The notes under the pieces were generated by a model, which was not told the origin of the DNA, searched no databases, and was given only the letters and a program-made list of their open reading frames with translations. Positions 31,495-42,064 of a DNA stretch of 64,000 nucleotides are shown here, piece by piece. Numbering within the stretch: position 1 is the first letter of the stretch; the number at the start of each line of letters is the position of its first letter. Origin of the DNA: an uncultured delta proteobacterium. Its GTDB lineage: Bacteria; Myxococcota_A; Polyangia; Palsa-1104. The DNA is taken from assembly GCA_963785725.1 (NCBI GenBank), contig CAWAWS010000007.1, positions 64,001-128,000 of the forward strand. The letters run 5' to 3'. A program made the translations under genes and the position numbers.

Positions 31495-31681
31495 GCGCGC
31501 GAAGCTTAGCAGACGGCGCACCAGCGTCCGCCGCCTCGCGTTTTCACGCGGTTCGCTCGCCGCGTGCGAACCCGATCACCTGTCCGCCTGCGTCAGCTGC
31601 CGAGTCTTCGACATGGGCTCGCCACTCTGCCGAAGTGTCTCCTCCATGATCCATGTAGTATTCCGAGCTGCGTGCGTGGTC

Positions 31682-32658
31682 ATGAGCCGGACGGGCTGAT
31701 TCTGCGCCTCGTGACCGACGCGCTCGTCGCCGTCGGGCTGTCGCCGGCGCAGCTTGGGCCGCTCGTCGATCCGCGGCGCGCGCACGAGCCGGCCAGCGCG
31801 CTCGTCGACGCCGCCGCGCTGGTGACCGGCGATCCCAACCTCGGCCTCGCGCTCGCCGAAGCGACCGCCATTCGCGCGCTCTCGCCGGTCGTCTATCTAA
31901 TGATGAGCGGTCCCGACCTCGGCGCGGCGCTGGCCGATCTGACGCGCTTTGCGCCGGTCGCCGTCCATCGCCCGACGACGGCCACGCTGCTCGTCGAGCC
32001 GCAGGCGACGACGCTCGTCTTCGGCCCCGAGCCCGGCGGTCGCGCGTACACCGAGTATTTGGCGGCGCTGTTGATCCGGCTGTTTCGCTATCTCGTCGAC
32101 GACGCGACGCTGCGGCCGATCGCCGCGCGCTTGACGCACGTCGAGCCGGCGGAGCTGTCGCGCCGGCATGCCATCTTCGGCGCGCAGCTGACGTGGGCGC
32201 AGCCGCGCAATGCCATCGTCTTGAGCGCCGCGCAGGTGCGGCTGCCGTGCGTGCACGCGTCGGACACGCTGCACGCGCTGCACGAACGCGCGCTGGCCGA
32301 GGCGCTGCAGTCGGAGCTCGAAGACGCGCTGCTCGCTCGCGTGCGCGCGGCCTTGGCGCAGCGCGTGGGCCCCGACTTGCCGACGATGGCGGGCGTGGCG
32401 CGCGCCGTCGGCCTGAGCGAGCGAACGTTACAGCGACGGCTCGGCGAGCGCGGCACGTCGTTCGAGCGGCTGCTGCAGGACGTCCGTCGCCAACGCACGC
32501 TCGCGCTCTTGGCGCAGCCGTCGCTGACGATCCAGTCGGTGGCGCTCGAGATGGGCTATCACGACGCGAGCTCGTTTCATCGCGCCTTTCGTGCGTGGAC
32601 GGGCGTGACGCCGGCCGTCTATCGCGCGCGCCTAAAGACCGACACCGACTCGCGCTAG
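31682..32658 (+). CDS. AraC family regulator, probable frameshift near 31695
   Basis: TGDPNLGL N-domain, LSERTLQRRL, MGYHDASSFHRAFRAWTG. Start is uncertain (ATG 31682 out of frame, or GTG 31711). Confidence 0.82.
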
Positions 32659-32691
32659 CCGACGCTCGCGATCCTCGGAATTCGTCGCGAA

Positions 32692-32730
32692 TTGGCGGCA
32701 GTCGTCACTCTTTTGGCGGCAGCTGCCAAT
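32692..32730. promoter_or_regulatory. Direct repeat TTGGCGGCAG x2 (21-bp spacing), candidate regulator site
   Basis: Copies at 32692-32701 and 32713-32722, plus an inverted CTGCCAA, between araC and the GH27 gene. Confidence 0.5.
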
Positions 32731-32807
32731 TCTAGTGGGCACTGCGGTTTGCTACTGAGAGCGTGCTGCCGGCGCGGTGATCGCCGCGCCCTTCGCCTGG
32801 AGGCTTC

Positions 32808-34985
32808 ATGTCCTTGGCTCGCTTCGTCGGCTGTACTCTCGTGCTCGCCGCTTCTGCCTGCTCCTCCGATCCGTCGTTGTCGCTCGGCCGTTCCGCGAGC
32901 GCGTTGGCCGCGGCACCGTCGGTACAGCCGCGCGACGCCACGTTCGGCTCGGTGCCGCTCATGGGCTGGAACAGCTTCGACGTGCTGTCGACCAATCGCG
33001 CCGGCTACGGGCAGACCTGGCTCAACGAGGGCAACCTCAAGAACGCCTCCGACGCCATGCAGGCCAAGTTCCAGAGCGCCGGCTACACGTACATCAACAT
33101 CGACTCCGGCTGGAGCTCGAACCTCGCCTGGACCGCCAACACCATCGACGCGTACGGCGTCCCGCAGCCCGACGCGCAGCGCTTCCCCGACGGCATCACC
33201 GGCATGGCCGCCTACGTGCACGCCAAAGGACAGAAGCTCGGCATCTACGAAGGCGTCGGCCTGCCGGGCGAAATCTACAACGGCAACTACGCCATCGCCG
33301 GCACCAGCTGCCACGTGCAGGACATCGTCAAGCAGCCGATGACGATCGTTCCCAACGGCTGGAACGCCGAGTGGGAGATCGACTTCACCAATCCGTGCGC
33401 GCAGGCCTATTACAACTCGATCGCCAACGAGTTCGCGTCGTGGGGCGTCGACCTGGTCAAGATCGACGGCACCACCATCGACAACGCGCCCGACATCGAA
33501 GCCTGGCAGGCGGCGCTCGATCAATCGGGGCGGCAGATGTGGCTCACCGTCAGCGCCTGGCCGGTGCCGTTGGCGCTGGCGCCGGCGATTCGCAACGCCG
33601 GTCAAGGCGTGCGCATCGACACCGACATCGACTGTTACTGCAGCACCATCTCCAGCTGGACCGCTTCCGTCGACGCGCGCTGGAGCGACCTGCCCAATTG
33701 GCTGCCTTATGTCGGCGTCGGCCACTTTCCCGATCTCGACTCCATGCCGATCAACAACGACGTCGGCAACGGCGTGCAAGACGGCATCAACGACACCGAG
33801 CGCCAGAGCGTCATGACGTTCTGGTCGATGGCATCGGCGCCCTTGTGGGTGGGCGGCGACATCTACTTCATGGACGCGACGGCCGAGTCGATCTTGACCA
33901 ATCCCGAGGTCGTCGCCGTCGACCAGTCGGCCGTCATGCCGCAGCAGATCGTGAGCGGCAACGCGCAGGTGTGGAAGAAGTCGCTGCCCGACGGCACGAC
34001 CGCCGTCGCCGTCTACAACTTGAGCGGCGGAACGACGAGCATCACCGTCGACTTCGGCAGCATCGGCCTCGGCGGCGACGCCAGCGTGCGCGACGTGGTC
34101 GCCCGCGAGGACCTCGGCGTCTTCACCGGCAACTGGACGGCCGCCAACATCCCGTCGCACGGCTCGCGCCTCGTCAAGCTGACCAGCCAGAACGACGGCA
34201 TCGCCGGCTACACCTTCTGCGCTGGCGAGTACGCCAACTGCGCGCTCTCGGGCACGATGGACGTCGCCTTCGGCGCGCAGGGCTCGTACGTCTTCGAGAG
34301 CGGCTTGAGCGGCACGATCTACTGCGGCAACGCGACGTTCGGCAGCGATCCGGCGTACGGCTGGACCAAAGGCTGCTACACGCGTCCGCATGGCGGCGGT
34401 GGCCCGGCCAGCTTCACGTACTGCACCGGCGAAGGCGGCACCTGCACCGGCTCGGGCGACGTCGACGTCGCGTTCGGCGCCGCCGTCGGCAGCTTCATCG
34501 TGCAGAGCGGCATCGTCGGCAGCATCGGCTGCAACAACAGCGTCTTCGGCAGCGATCCGGCGTACGGCTGGTCGAAGGCCTGCTACACGCGCCCGAGCGT
34601 TGGCGCTGGCGGCGGCGGCGTCACCTACGAAGCCGAGTCGGCCACCATCGGCGGCAGCGCCAGCGTCGCCAGCTGCGGAAGCTGCGGCAACGGCAAGAAG
34701 GTCGGCTACATCGGCCACGGCGACGGCAACCGCGTCACGTTCGCGCAAGTCGACGCCTCGGCCGGCACGCACGCGCTCGTCATCCACGGCGTCTCCGCCG
34801 ATCCGCGCACCTTCTACGTCAGCGTCAACGGCGGCGCCGGCGTGCCCGTCAACGTGCAGAGCGGCAGCTGGTCGAGCCCGACGACGGTCACGATCAACGT
34901 CAGCTTGAACGCCGGCAACAACACGATCGCGCTCTACAACGACAGCGATTACGCGCCCGATCTCGATCGCATCGTCGTCCGTTAA
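32808..34985 (+). CDS. GH27 alpha-galactosidase-like lipoprotein with two Cys-rich repeats and a CBM35-like module
   Basis: GGAGG RBS, ASAC lipobox, PLMGWNSF, YINIDSGW, WGVDLVKID, FPDLDSM, C-terminal YEAE...APDLDRI. Confidence 0.88.
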   Translation: MSLARFVGCTLVLAASACSSDPSLSLGRSASALAAAPSVQPRDATFGSVPLMGWNSFDVLSTNRAGYGQTWLNEGNLKNASDAMQAKFQSAGYTYINIDSGWSSNLAWTANTIDAYGVPQPDAQRFPDGITGMAAYVHAKGQKLGIYEGVGLPGEIYNGNYAIAGTSCHVQDIVKQPMTIVPNGWNAEWEIDFTNPCAQAYYNSIANEFASWGVDLVKIDGTTIDNAPDIEAWQAALDQSGRQMWLTVSAWPVPLALAPAIRNAGQGVRIDTDIDCYCSTISSWTASVDARWSDLPNWLPYVGVGHFPDLDSMPINNDVGNGVQDGINDTERQSVMTFWSMASAPLWVGGDIYFMDATAESILTNPEVVAVDQSAVMPQQIVSGNAQVWKKSLPDGTTAVAVYNLSGGTTSITVDFGSIGLGGDASVRDVVAREDLGVFTGNWTAANIPSHGSRLVKLTSQNDGIAGYTFCAGEYANCALSGTMDVAFGAQGSYVFESGLSGTIYCGNATFGSDPAYGWTKGCYTRPHGGGGPASFTYCTGEGGTCTGSGDVDVAFGAAVGSFIVQSGIVGSIGCNNSVFGSDPAYGWSKACYTRPSVGAGGGGVTYEAESATIGGSASVASCGSCGNGKKVGYIGHGDGNRVTFAQVDASAGTHALVIHGVSADPRTFYVSVNGGAGVPVNVQSGSWSSPTTVTINVSLNAGNNTIALYNDSDYAPDLDRIVVR

Positions 34986-35422
34986 GTCGTCACCAGCAGC
35001 CGTTCGAGCGCCGATCGCATCTGCGACGGCAGCTCGAGCGGCCGCCTGCGCGCGCGGTCGACGAAGACGTGCACGAACTCGCCTTGCGCCACCGCCTCCT
35101 CATCGCCGACGACGAAGATCGCGATCTCGTAGCGCACGCTCGAGCGGCCGAGGTGCACGACGCGCAGCCCGCCTTCCAACGTCTGCGGATAGGCGACCGG
35201 TCGCAAATAGCTGCAGCGCGACTCGACGCATAAGCCGATGACGTCGCCCGCGTGAATGTCGAGGCCGCCTTCGTCGATGAGCCAGCGATTGATGACGGTG
35301 TCGAAGTAGGCGTAGTAGACGACGTTGTTGACGTGGCCGTAGACGTCGTTGTCCATCCAGCGCGTCGGGATGGTCAGGTGGAAGCCGAAGTCGGCGCGTT
35401 TGAGCGGCGTGGGCGCGGGCAT
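34982..35422 (-). CDS. Acyl-CoA thioesterase (4HBT family)
   Basis: [26 protein letters not shown]. Confidence 0.9.
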   Translation of the reverse strand: MPAPTPLKRADFGFHLTIPTRWMDNDVYGHVNNVVYYAYFDTVINRWLIDEGGLDIHAGDVIGLCVESRCSYLRPVAYPQTLEGGLRVVHLGRSSVRYEIAIFVVGDEEAVAQGEFVHVFVDRARRRPLELPSQMRSALERLLVTT

Positions 35423-35425
35423 GGG

Positions 35426-36740
35426 TCACCAGTAGCGCAGCGCGCCGGCGAAGAGCGCGGTCAGGCGCGCCTCGTCGACGGGCTCGGGCGCGTTGTCGAC
35501 GAGGCGGCGCTGTGCGAAGGCGCCGTGCGCGAGCGCGGCCACGTCGCGTTCGTCGTAGCCGACGCCGGCGATGCCGTTGGGCGCGCCGGCCGCGCGCATG
35601 AGTGACTCGAGCGCGTCGCCCAAGAATCGCGCCGGCGTCGGCAGGCGCGGCGCCGCGAATGTCGGCGCCGAGGGCGGCCGCGCACGCGAAGTGGCGCTCG
35701 GGCGCGCTCGCCGCCGTCGCGCGGAAGACGCTGGGCGCGTTGACGATGACCGACAGCCCGTGCGGCACGAAGGCTTCGTCGTCGGGATAGCCGGCGCAAT
35801 GATAGCCGCGATCGTGCGCCAGGCCCGCGACGGCGTACGACATCGCGTGCGGCAGATGCACGCCGGCGTTGCCGAACGCGATGCCGGCCAGCGTCGCCGC
35901 CCACGCCAAGCCGTCGCGCGCTTCGACATCGTCGGCATCGGCGACGGCGCGGACGAGCCAGCGACCGCACAGCGTCATCGCCTGCATCGCGCCCAGGTCG
36001 CTCCACGGATTGCGCCCTTGGCTCATCGGCCTGAGCGACGGTGACGCCGGCTGTGCGCGCGCGGTGTACGGCCGCGCCGTGTACGACTCGAGCGCGTGGC
36101 AGAGCACGTCGAAGCCGCTGGCCGCGACGACGTTCGCCGGCAGCGTGCGCGTCGTCTCCGGGTCGACGAGCGCGTGCGTCGGACGCAGCCGCCGCGACGC
36201 GATGCCCGTCTTGGCGTGGCGCGCGACCCAGTCGAAGACGGCGATGCCGGTGCACTCGCTGCCGGTGCCGCCCGTCGTCGGGCAGGCGATGTGCGGCGGC
36301 AGCGGCCCCGGCACGGCCTGGCCGAGCCCGAGCGGCGCGTTGACGTAGGTCTCGAGCGGTGCCGGATACGTCGCATACAGCACCGCCGCCTTGCAGGTGT
36401 CGATGACCGAGCCGCCGCCGACGGAGACGTAGCCGTCGAAGCGGCCGTCGCGCGCGAACTCGGCCGCGCGCGCGAACGACGCGTCGGTGGGCTCGACGTG
36501 CACGTCGTCGAAGCGCGCGAAGTCGACGCCGGCGCGGCGCAGCGCGGCTTCGACGACGGCGACGTGCGGCAGCTTGGCCAAGCGCGCGTCGGTGAAGAGG
36601 GCCACGCGTTTGCAGCCGAGCGCGACGGCGAGCGGCCCGCATTCGGCGAGCACGCCGGGCCCGAACGTGACGGCGCTGGCGTCGATGGCGAACGACTGCT
36701 CGAGCCCCGCCGCCAACGCATAGCCGTGAAAGCAGCTCAT
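35426..36740 (-). CDS. Hydroxyacid-oxoacid transhydrogenase-like iron-containing ADH, frameshift near 35620
   Basis: [44 protein letters not shown]. Confidence 0.88.
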
Positions 36741-36757
36741 GCGCGCGACTATAACGC

Positions 36758-37222
36758 TTACTGCGACTGCTGTTTACGCAGCGCCTTCGTGATCTCTTGG
36801 TCGAAGCGCGCCGCGAACTTCTGCTTCGCCTTGGCGTCGAACGGCGCTGGGCCGCCGGTCTGCACGCCCGCCTCGCGCAAGCCCTGCATCAGGTCGCGCA
36901 TCGCCAGCCGCTCGCCGACGGTGCCGGCCGCGTACAAGTCGCCGCGCGGATCGATGACGGTCAGCCCCTTTTCCGCCAGCGCCGCCGCCAGCGGAATATC
37001 GGCCGTGACGCAGAAGTCGCCCGCTTCGCTGCCGTCGACGATATAGGCGTCCGCGACATCCGCGCCTTGACCGACGCGCACGAACGAGACGAACGCGCCC
37101 GGGCCGACGTGCACGTTCTTGTTGGCGACGAGGATCGTTTGAATTTTCAGTCGCTGCGCCGCTTTGAGGACGATGTCCTTGATCTCGCCCGGCATCGCAT
37201 CGCCGTCGATCCAGATCTTCAC
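36758..37222 (-). CDS. YaiI/YqxD family protein
   Basis: [28 protein letters not shown]. Confidence 0.9.
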   Translation of the reverse strand: MKIWIDGDAMPGEIKDIVLKAAQRLKIQTILVANKNVHVGPGAFVSFVRVGQGADVADAYIVDGSEAGDFCVTADIPLAAALAEKGLTVIDPRGDLYAAGTVGERLAMRDLMQGLREAGVQTGGPAPFDAKAKQKFAARFDQEITKALRKQQSQ

Positions 37223-37234
37223 GGCGCGTCCCGC

Positions 37235-37507
37235 CTAAGCGTCGGCGGTGCACTCGGCGCAGCGGATCTTCCCGCGCGGTGCCATCTGAATGCTGGTGCC
37301 ACAATCGATGCAGAGACGTGCCGCGGGGCGCTCCATCGAGCTCGACTCGACGATGACGCCGCGCGCGGGCGCTTCGAACGCCGGCGGCAGCGCTTTCTCC
37401 GGCTCGACCGGACGCGCGTCGCGGAGGGCCGCGCGCTGCGCTTCCGGCGTCTCGTTTTCGCGAACGAGACCCTTGTCGAGCATTTGATCGGTGATGCTTT
37501 GCGACAT
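37235..37507 (-). CDS. Small hypothetical protein with C-terminal Zn ribbon
   Basis: MSQSITDQMLDKGLV...CIDC...RCAEC. Confidence 0.6.
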   Translation of the reverse strand: MSQSITDQMLDKGLVRENETPEAQRAALRDARPVEPEKALPPAFEAPARGVIVESSSMERPAARLCIDCGTSIQMAPRGKIRCAECTADA

Positions 37508-37543
37508 AGCTTGCAGTATGCCCGAGATTGTCAGCGCGGCTGC

Positions 37544-37559
37544 AGCATTCGGCGTGCCA
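37544..37559 (-). promoter_or_regulatory. sigma54 promoter
   Basis: Minus strand TGGCACGCCGAATGCT (GG-N10-GC). Confidence 0.6.
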
Positions 37560-37642
37560 GATCGTGATTTGTCGCGCCCGCTGTCGTCCCGTGTGACCCG
37601 CGCACGACCTATTGCCGCGCTTTGTCCTACAGTATCGGAACC

Positions 37643-38569
37643 ATGAACGACCTCGACGAGCCCGATTCGATCGTTCCGCCTTCGCTGCGCGAGCCGGAAC
37701 GCGGACCGCCGCGGACGTGGGTCGCCGTCGTGCTGACCATCGTCTTCATCGGCGCGGGTCACATCGTGCGCGGACGCTGGCAGCGCGGGCTGAGCTGGCA
37801 CTTCGCGCGCTTCGCGACGTTGCCGCTCTTTTTCCGTTGGACGGTGCCGACGATGATCGTGCTGCTGGCGCTTCACGTCGCCGCCATCGTCGATGCGGTG
37901 CGCTGCGAGCCGATCGAGCCGCGGCCGCGCGCCGGCAAGGCGTGGCTGTTGTGCCTGGCGCTGTTCGCCGGCTCCGTCACGGTGGCGCTGACGATTCGCG
38001 ACACGATCGTGCAGTCGTTCAGCATTCCGTCGGGCTCGATGATCCCGGCGCTGCAGGTGGGCGATCGCTTGTTCGTCTCGATGCGGCGGCACCTGCCCGA
38101 GCGCGGCGAGATCGTCGTGTTCCACTATCCGCGCGAGCCGCGCAAAGACCTCATCAAGCGTGTCATCGGCATTCCCGGCGACACCGTCGAGCTGCGCGCG
38201 GACGGCGGAATCGTCCTCAATGGCCGGCCGCTGCCGCAAAAAGAGGAGCCCGGCGACTGCAGCTACGACGACCACAGCGACGAGGAGGACCGCTGGTATT
38301 CGCTCAGCTGCACCATGCGCACCGAGCGCATCGACGGCCACGAATATCGCATCTATTTGAGCCCCGGAGCCGACCACGGGAATTTCGCGCCGGTGACGGT
38401 GCCGCCCGATTCGTACTTCGTGCTCGGCGATAATCGCGACAACTCGCACGACTCGCGCTATTGGGGCTTCGTGCCGAGCCGCATGTTGGTGGGCACGGCG
38501 CTGCGCACGTGGTGGTCGGTGGGCCCGCACGGCGTGCGCTGGGAGCGCGTGCAGCAGCCGGTGCGCTAG
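37643..38569 (+). CDS. lepB: Signal peptidase I
   Basis: IPSGSMIPALQVGD, LIKRVIGIPGD, YFVLGDNRDNSHDSRYWG. Confidence 0.92.
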   Translation: MNDLDEPDSIVPPSLREPERGPPRTWVAVVLTIVFIGAGHIVRGRWQRGLSWHFARFATLPLFFRWTVPTMIVLLALHVAAIVDAVRCEPIEPRPRAGKAWLLCLALFAGSVTVALTIRDTIVQSFSIPSGSMIPALQVGDRLFVSMRRHLPERGEIVVFHYPREPRKDLIKRVIGIPGDTVELRADGGIVLNGRPLPQKEEPGDCSYDDHSDEEDRWYSLSCTMRTERIDGHEYRIYLSPGADHGNFAPVTVPPDSYFVLGDNRDNSHDSRYWGFVPSRMLVGTALRTWWSVGPHGVRWERVQQPVR

Positions 38570-38775
38570 CGCGCCGACCGCCGGCGGTAGCGCAAAATAC
38601 AGCTCGTTTCGGCAGCCGCTCGTCCGAGCGCGACCGCGGATCGAGCGCGATTCCTCGTAACGTTTTTGGCTCTTCGGCAGGTAAGGCGTGTCACGAAGCT
38701 GAGCCTTGCAGAAGGCGAAAGCGCGGTGTTAGTGTCCGCACGCTTTCTCAACCAAAGTTTATTTGGGGGTCGGTC

Positions 38776-40566
38776 ATGTTTTCGCAGTTTGCTTCGCGCG
38801 CTTCTGTCGGCGCGCTTTTGTTGAGCCTGGGCGCGGCCGGCTGTACGTCGAGCCCCGCGGTCGGCAGCCGCTCGAGCGCGCTCGGCTCGACGAGCCTCGT
38901 CATCAGCAAGGTCTACGGCGGCGGTGGCAACACGGGTTCGCCGCTGACCTACGATTTCGTCGAGATCTTCAACCTCAGCGCGGCGACCGTGAACACCGGC
39001 GGCTGGTCGCTGCAGTACGAATCGGCGACTTCGACGACTGCGAACTGGTTCATTACGCCGCTCGTCGCGGTGGACATTCCCGCTGGCGGCTACTATCTCG
39101 CACAGCTCGCCACGGCGAAGGCGACCGTCGGCGCCGCGCTGCCGCAGACGCCGGACGTCACCAGCACCGCCATCAATCTGAGCGCGAGCGCCGGCAAGAT
39201 CGCGCTCGCCAACGTGACGACGGCGTTGACGTGCGGCGCGGGCGTCGGCTCGTGCCTAGGCGCAGCCGGTGTCGTCGACTTCGTCGGTTACGGCAACGCC
39301 AAGACCGGCGGCGCCAACGACTCCGAGGGCGCGCCGGCGCCGACGGCATCAACGGCCAGCGCCCTCGTCCGTGCGGGCAACGGCTGCACCGACACCGACA
39401 ACAACTTCGCCGACTTCACGCTCCTGACGATCACGCAGCCGTCGGACGTGACGCTGCACAGCCAGGCCGGCTCGCCGACGTTCGTGAATCTGTGCACGCC
39501 GGCGGACATGACGTCGGTGCCGGATCTCTTGCCGCCGGTCGATCTGATCGGCGCAGACCTGACGCCGCCGCCCGACCTCTACGTGCCGCCGGATCTGATC
39601 GGCGCGGACATGACGCCGCCGCCGGACATGACGAAGATTCCGCCCGACATGACGGTCGGTCCCGACATGACGATCGTGTCGACCGATATGGCGTCTACCG
39701 CGGCCGGCGTCGGCGATGTCGTCATCAGCCAGATCTACGCCGCGGGCGGTAACGGCGGCGCGTCCTACCAGAATGACTACGTCGAGCTCTTCAACCGCGG
39801 CAAAGCGACCGTGCAGCTCGGCAACTGGTCGGTGCAGTACGCGCCGAAGGCCAGCGATTTCTCGCAGGTCACGATTCTGCCGCCCGGCGCCAGCATCGCG
39901 CCCGGTCAATACTTCCTCGTGCAGGCTGCTGGTACCCTACCTGCCCAAGGGATGCCGCCCGTCGGAGCGGTGTTGCCGACGGCCGATTACGTCAGCCTCA
40001 ATGACCATTTCAACTTCTCGGTAAGCGCGGGCAAGTTGGCGCTCGTGGAGACGCCGATTACGTTGGGCTGCGGCGGGGCCACGCGCTGCTCGGATCCGAC
40101 GATCTCGGATCTCGTCGGCTACGGCACGGGCGCGACCGATTACGAAGGCTCGGGCGTCGCGTCCGCTCCGGCCGATGCGACGAGCGCGATCTTCCGCGCC
40201 GGCGCCGGCTGCGTCGACACCCAGGACAGCAAGGCGGACTTCGCGTCGGCGGCGGCGATGCCGCGCAACAGCGCGACGGCGGCGGTCGACTGCAGCTTGG
40301 TCGTCCTCGACATGAGCGCGGCCACCGGTGACGACGCGTCGGTGCCGATGGATCTCGGTCACGCCGGCGGCGGCGGCACGGCAGGCGGCGGCGGCGCCGG
40401 CGGTGGCACGGCGGCCGGCGGCGGCGGCGGTGGTACGCACGTCAGCAGCGGCGGTGGCGGTGGCTGCTCGGTCGCGGCGAACGGCTCGAGCGACGCGGGC
40501 GCGCCAATCGTCCTCTTGCTCGCGGCCGGCGTCTTCTGGTTCCGCCGTCGCATTCGCCTCGGCTAA
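38776..40566 (+). CDS. Lipoprotein with two lamin-tail-like domains, a PDM/PDL repeat linker and a MYXO-CTERM-type tail
   Basis: VISKVYGGGGN...DFVEIFN and VISQIYAAGGN...DYVELFN. C-terminal GCSVA + TM + RRR. Confidence 0.82.
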   Translation: MFSQFASRASVGALLLSLGAAGCTSSPAVGSRSSALGSTSLVISKVYGGGGNTGSPLTYDFVEIFNLSAATVNTGGWSLQYESATSTTANWFITPLVAVDIPAGGYYLAQLATAKATVGAALPQTPDVTSTAINLSASAGKIALANVTTALTCGAGVGSCLGAAGVVDFVGYGNAKTGGANDSEGAPAPTASTASALVRAGNGCTDTDNNFADFTLLTITQPSDVTLHSQAGSPTFVNLCTPADMTSVPDLLPPVDLIGADLTPPPDLYVPPDLIGADMTPPPDMTKIPPDMTVGPDMTIVSTDMASTAAGVGDVVISQIYAAGGNGGASYQNDYVELFNRGKATVQLGNWSVQYAPKASDFSQVTILPPGASIAPGQYFLVQAAGTLPAQGMPPVGAVLPTADYVSLNDHFNFSVSAGKLALVETPITLGCGGATRCSDPTISDLVGYGTGATDYEGSGVASAPADATSAIFRAGAGCVDTQDSKADFASAAAMPRNSATAAVDCSLVVLDMSAATGDDASVPMDLGHAGGGGTAGGGGAGGGTAAGGGGGGTHVSSGGGGGCSVAANGSSDAGAPIVLLLAAGVFWFRRRIRLG

Positions 40567-40654
40567 TCAAGCACCCTCCGCCACCACCGCATCCCCGATA
40601 TTCGCAGCTGACCTAACGCCTACGGCGGCGCGTGCTACGTTTTCCCGCGCGAAC

Positions 40655-41047
40655 ATGATCGACCGCAGCCAGCTCTATCCCCGCATCGGCGGCGACGAAG
40701 GCGTGCGCCGCCTCATCGACCGCTTCTACGACCTCATGGACGCGCGGCCCGACGTCGCCGAGGTCCGCGCGCTGCACCCGCCGGCGCTCGACAGCGCGCG
40801 CGACAAGCTGCACCTGTTCCTGATCGGCTGGCTCGGTGGGCCGCAGCTGTACGTCGAGCGCTTCGGCCACCCGCGGCTGCGGGCGCGCCATCTGCCGTTT
40901 TCGATCGGCGCGCGCGAGCGCGATCAGTGGATGCAGTGCATGACGCTGGCGCTCGACGAGACCGTGCCCGACGTCGAGCTGCGCGGCTTTCTCGGCGCCG
41001 CCTTCGCGCAGCTCGCCGACCACATGCGCAATCGCCCGGAGCCGTAA
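40655..41047 (+). CDS. Group II truncated hemoglobin
   Basis: IGGDEGVRRLIDRFYD, WLGGPQLY, GHPRLRARHLPF, ERDQW. Confidence 0.92.
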   Translation: MIDRSQLYPRIGGDEGVRRLIDRFYDLMDARPDVAEVRALHPPALDSARDKLHLFLIGWLGGPQLYVERFGHPRLRARHLPFSIGARERDQWMQCMTLALDETVPDVELRGFLGAAFAQLADHMRNRPEP

Positions 41048-41331
41048 GCGAAGCGACGGGCGCGCGCGTTCCCTCGTTCACGTTGCGGCCGCGCCGTCTG
41101 CGACCGTCGCCGCCAACGCCGCCATCGCGTTCGGCGCCTCGCATCGTCAGCGTGCGCTTCGTCGATCTGGCGGGCGCGACGCTGACGCTGACGCCGCCCT
41201 TTCCCATCGGCACGCCGCCCAATCGCGGTCCCTTCGGTACATGACGAATAGTCATGCATGGAATGACGTGGATGCTGTCGACGCATCCTGATTCGGCGCC
41301 TATGTTCTGACTCGCGAACAGGAGGTCGATC

Positions 41332-42051
41332 ATGACGTTGCAAGGCAAGCGAGTGGTGTTGCTGGGTGGAACTTCGGGCATCGGGCTGGCGACGGCGCGG
41401 GCGGCGGCCAAAGCGGGCGCGACGCTCGTGGTGGCGTCGAGCTCGCAGGCGCGCGTCGACGCGGCGCTGCAGCAGCTGCCGGCGGGCACGACCGGTCACG
41501 CCGTCGACCTCACGCAGGAGCAGTCGTTTCGCGACCTGTTCGAAAAAGTGGGCGCGTTCGATCATCTGACGTTCACCGCGGGCGAGAACTTGCAGCTGTC
41601 GACGATCGCCGGCAGCGACGTGGCGGCGGCGCGGCGCTTCTTCGAGCTGCGTTATTGGGGCGCGTTCATGGCCGCGAAATACGGCAGCGGCCGGATTCGC
41701 GCGGGCGGCTCGATCGTCTTGACCGGCGGCTCGGCCTTCACGCGCCCGCAATCCGGCTGGGCGGTCGCGGCCAGCATCTGCGGCGCGATGGAGGGCCTGA
41801 CGCGCGCGCTCGCCGTCGAATTGGCGCCGATTCGCGTCAACTTGGTCGCGCCCGGCGTCGTGCGCACCGAGCTGTGGGGCGGCATGAGCGAGGCCGATCG
41901 CGAAGGGCTCTTCCGCGCGTTCGGCGCCAAGCTGCTCGTCGGTCGCGTCGGCCAAGCGGACGAAATCGGCGACGCCTACGTGTATTTGATGAGCAACGGC
42001 TTCATGACCGGCCAAGTCGTCGACATCGACGGCGGCAGCAGCCTCGTCTAG
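41332..42051 (+). CDS. Short-chain dehydrogenase/reductase
   Basis: AGGAGG RBS, GGTSGIG, LAVELAPIRVNLVAPG, TGQVVDIDGG. Confidence 0.9.
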   Translation: MTLQGKRVVLLGGTSGIGLATARAAAKAGATLVVASSSQARVDAALQQLPAGTTGHAVDLTQEQSFRDLFEKVGAFDHLTFTAGENLQLSTIAGSDVAAARRFFELRYWGAFMAAKYGSGRIRAGGSIVLTGGSAFTRPQSGWAVAASICGAMEGLTRALAVELAPIRVNLVAPGVVRTELWGGMSEADREGLFRAFGAKLLVGRVGQADEIGDAYVYLMSNGFMTGQVVDIDGGSSLV

Positions 42052-42064
42052 ATCGAAGGCGCGG

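Noticed and set aside
7190..35625. Programmed ribosomal frameshifting as a shared mechanism
   Set aside because: No common slippery heptamer or stimulatory structure, and the genes are unrelated. Sequencing error is simpler.
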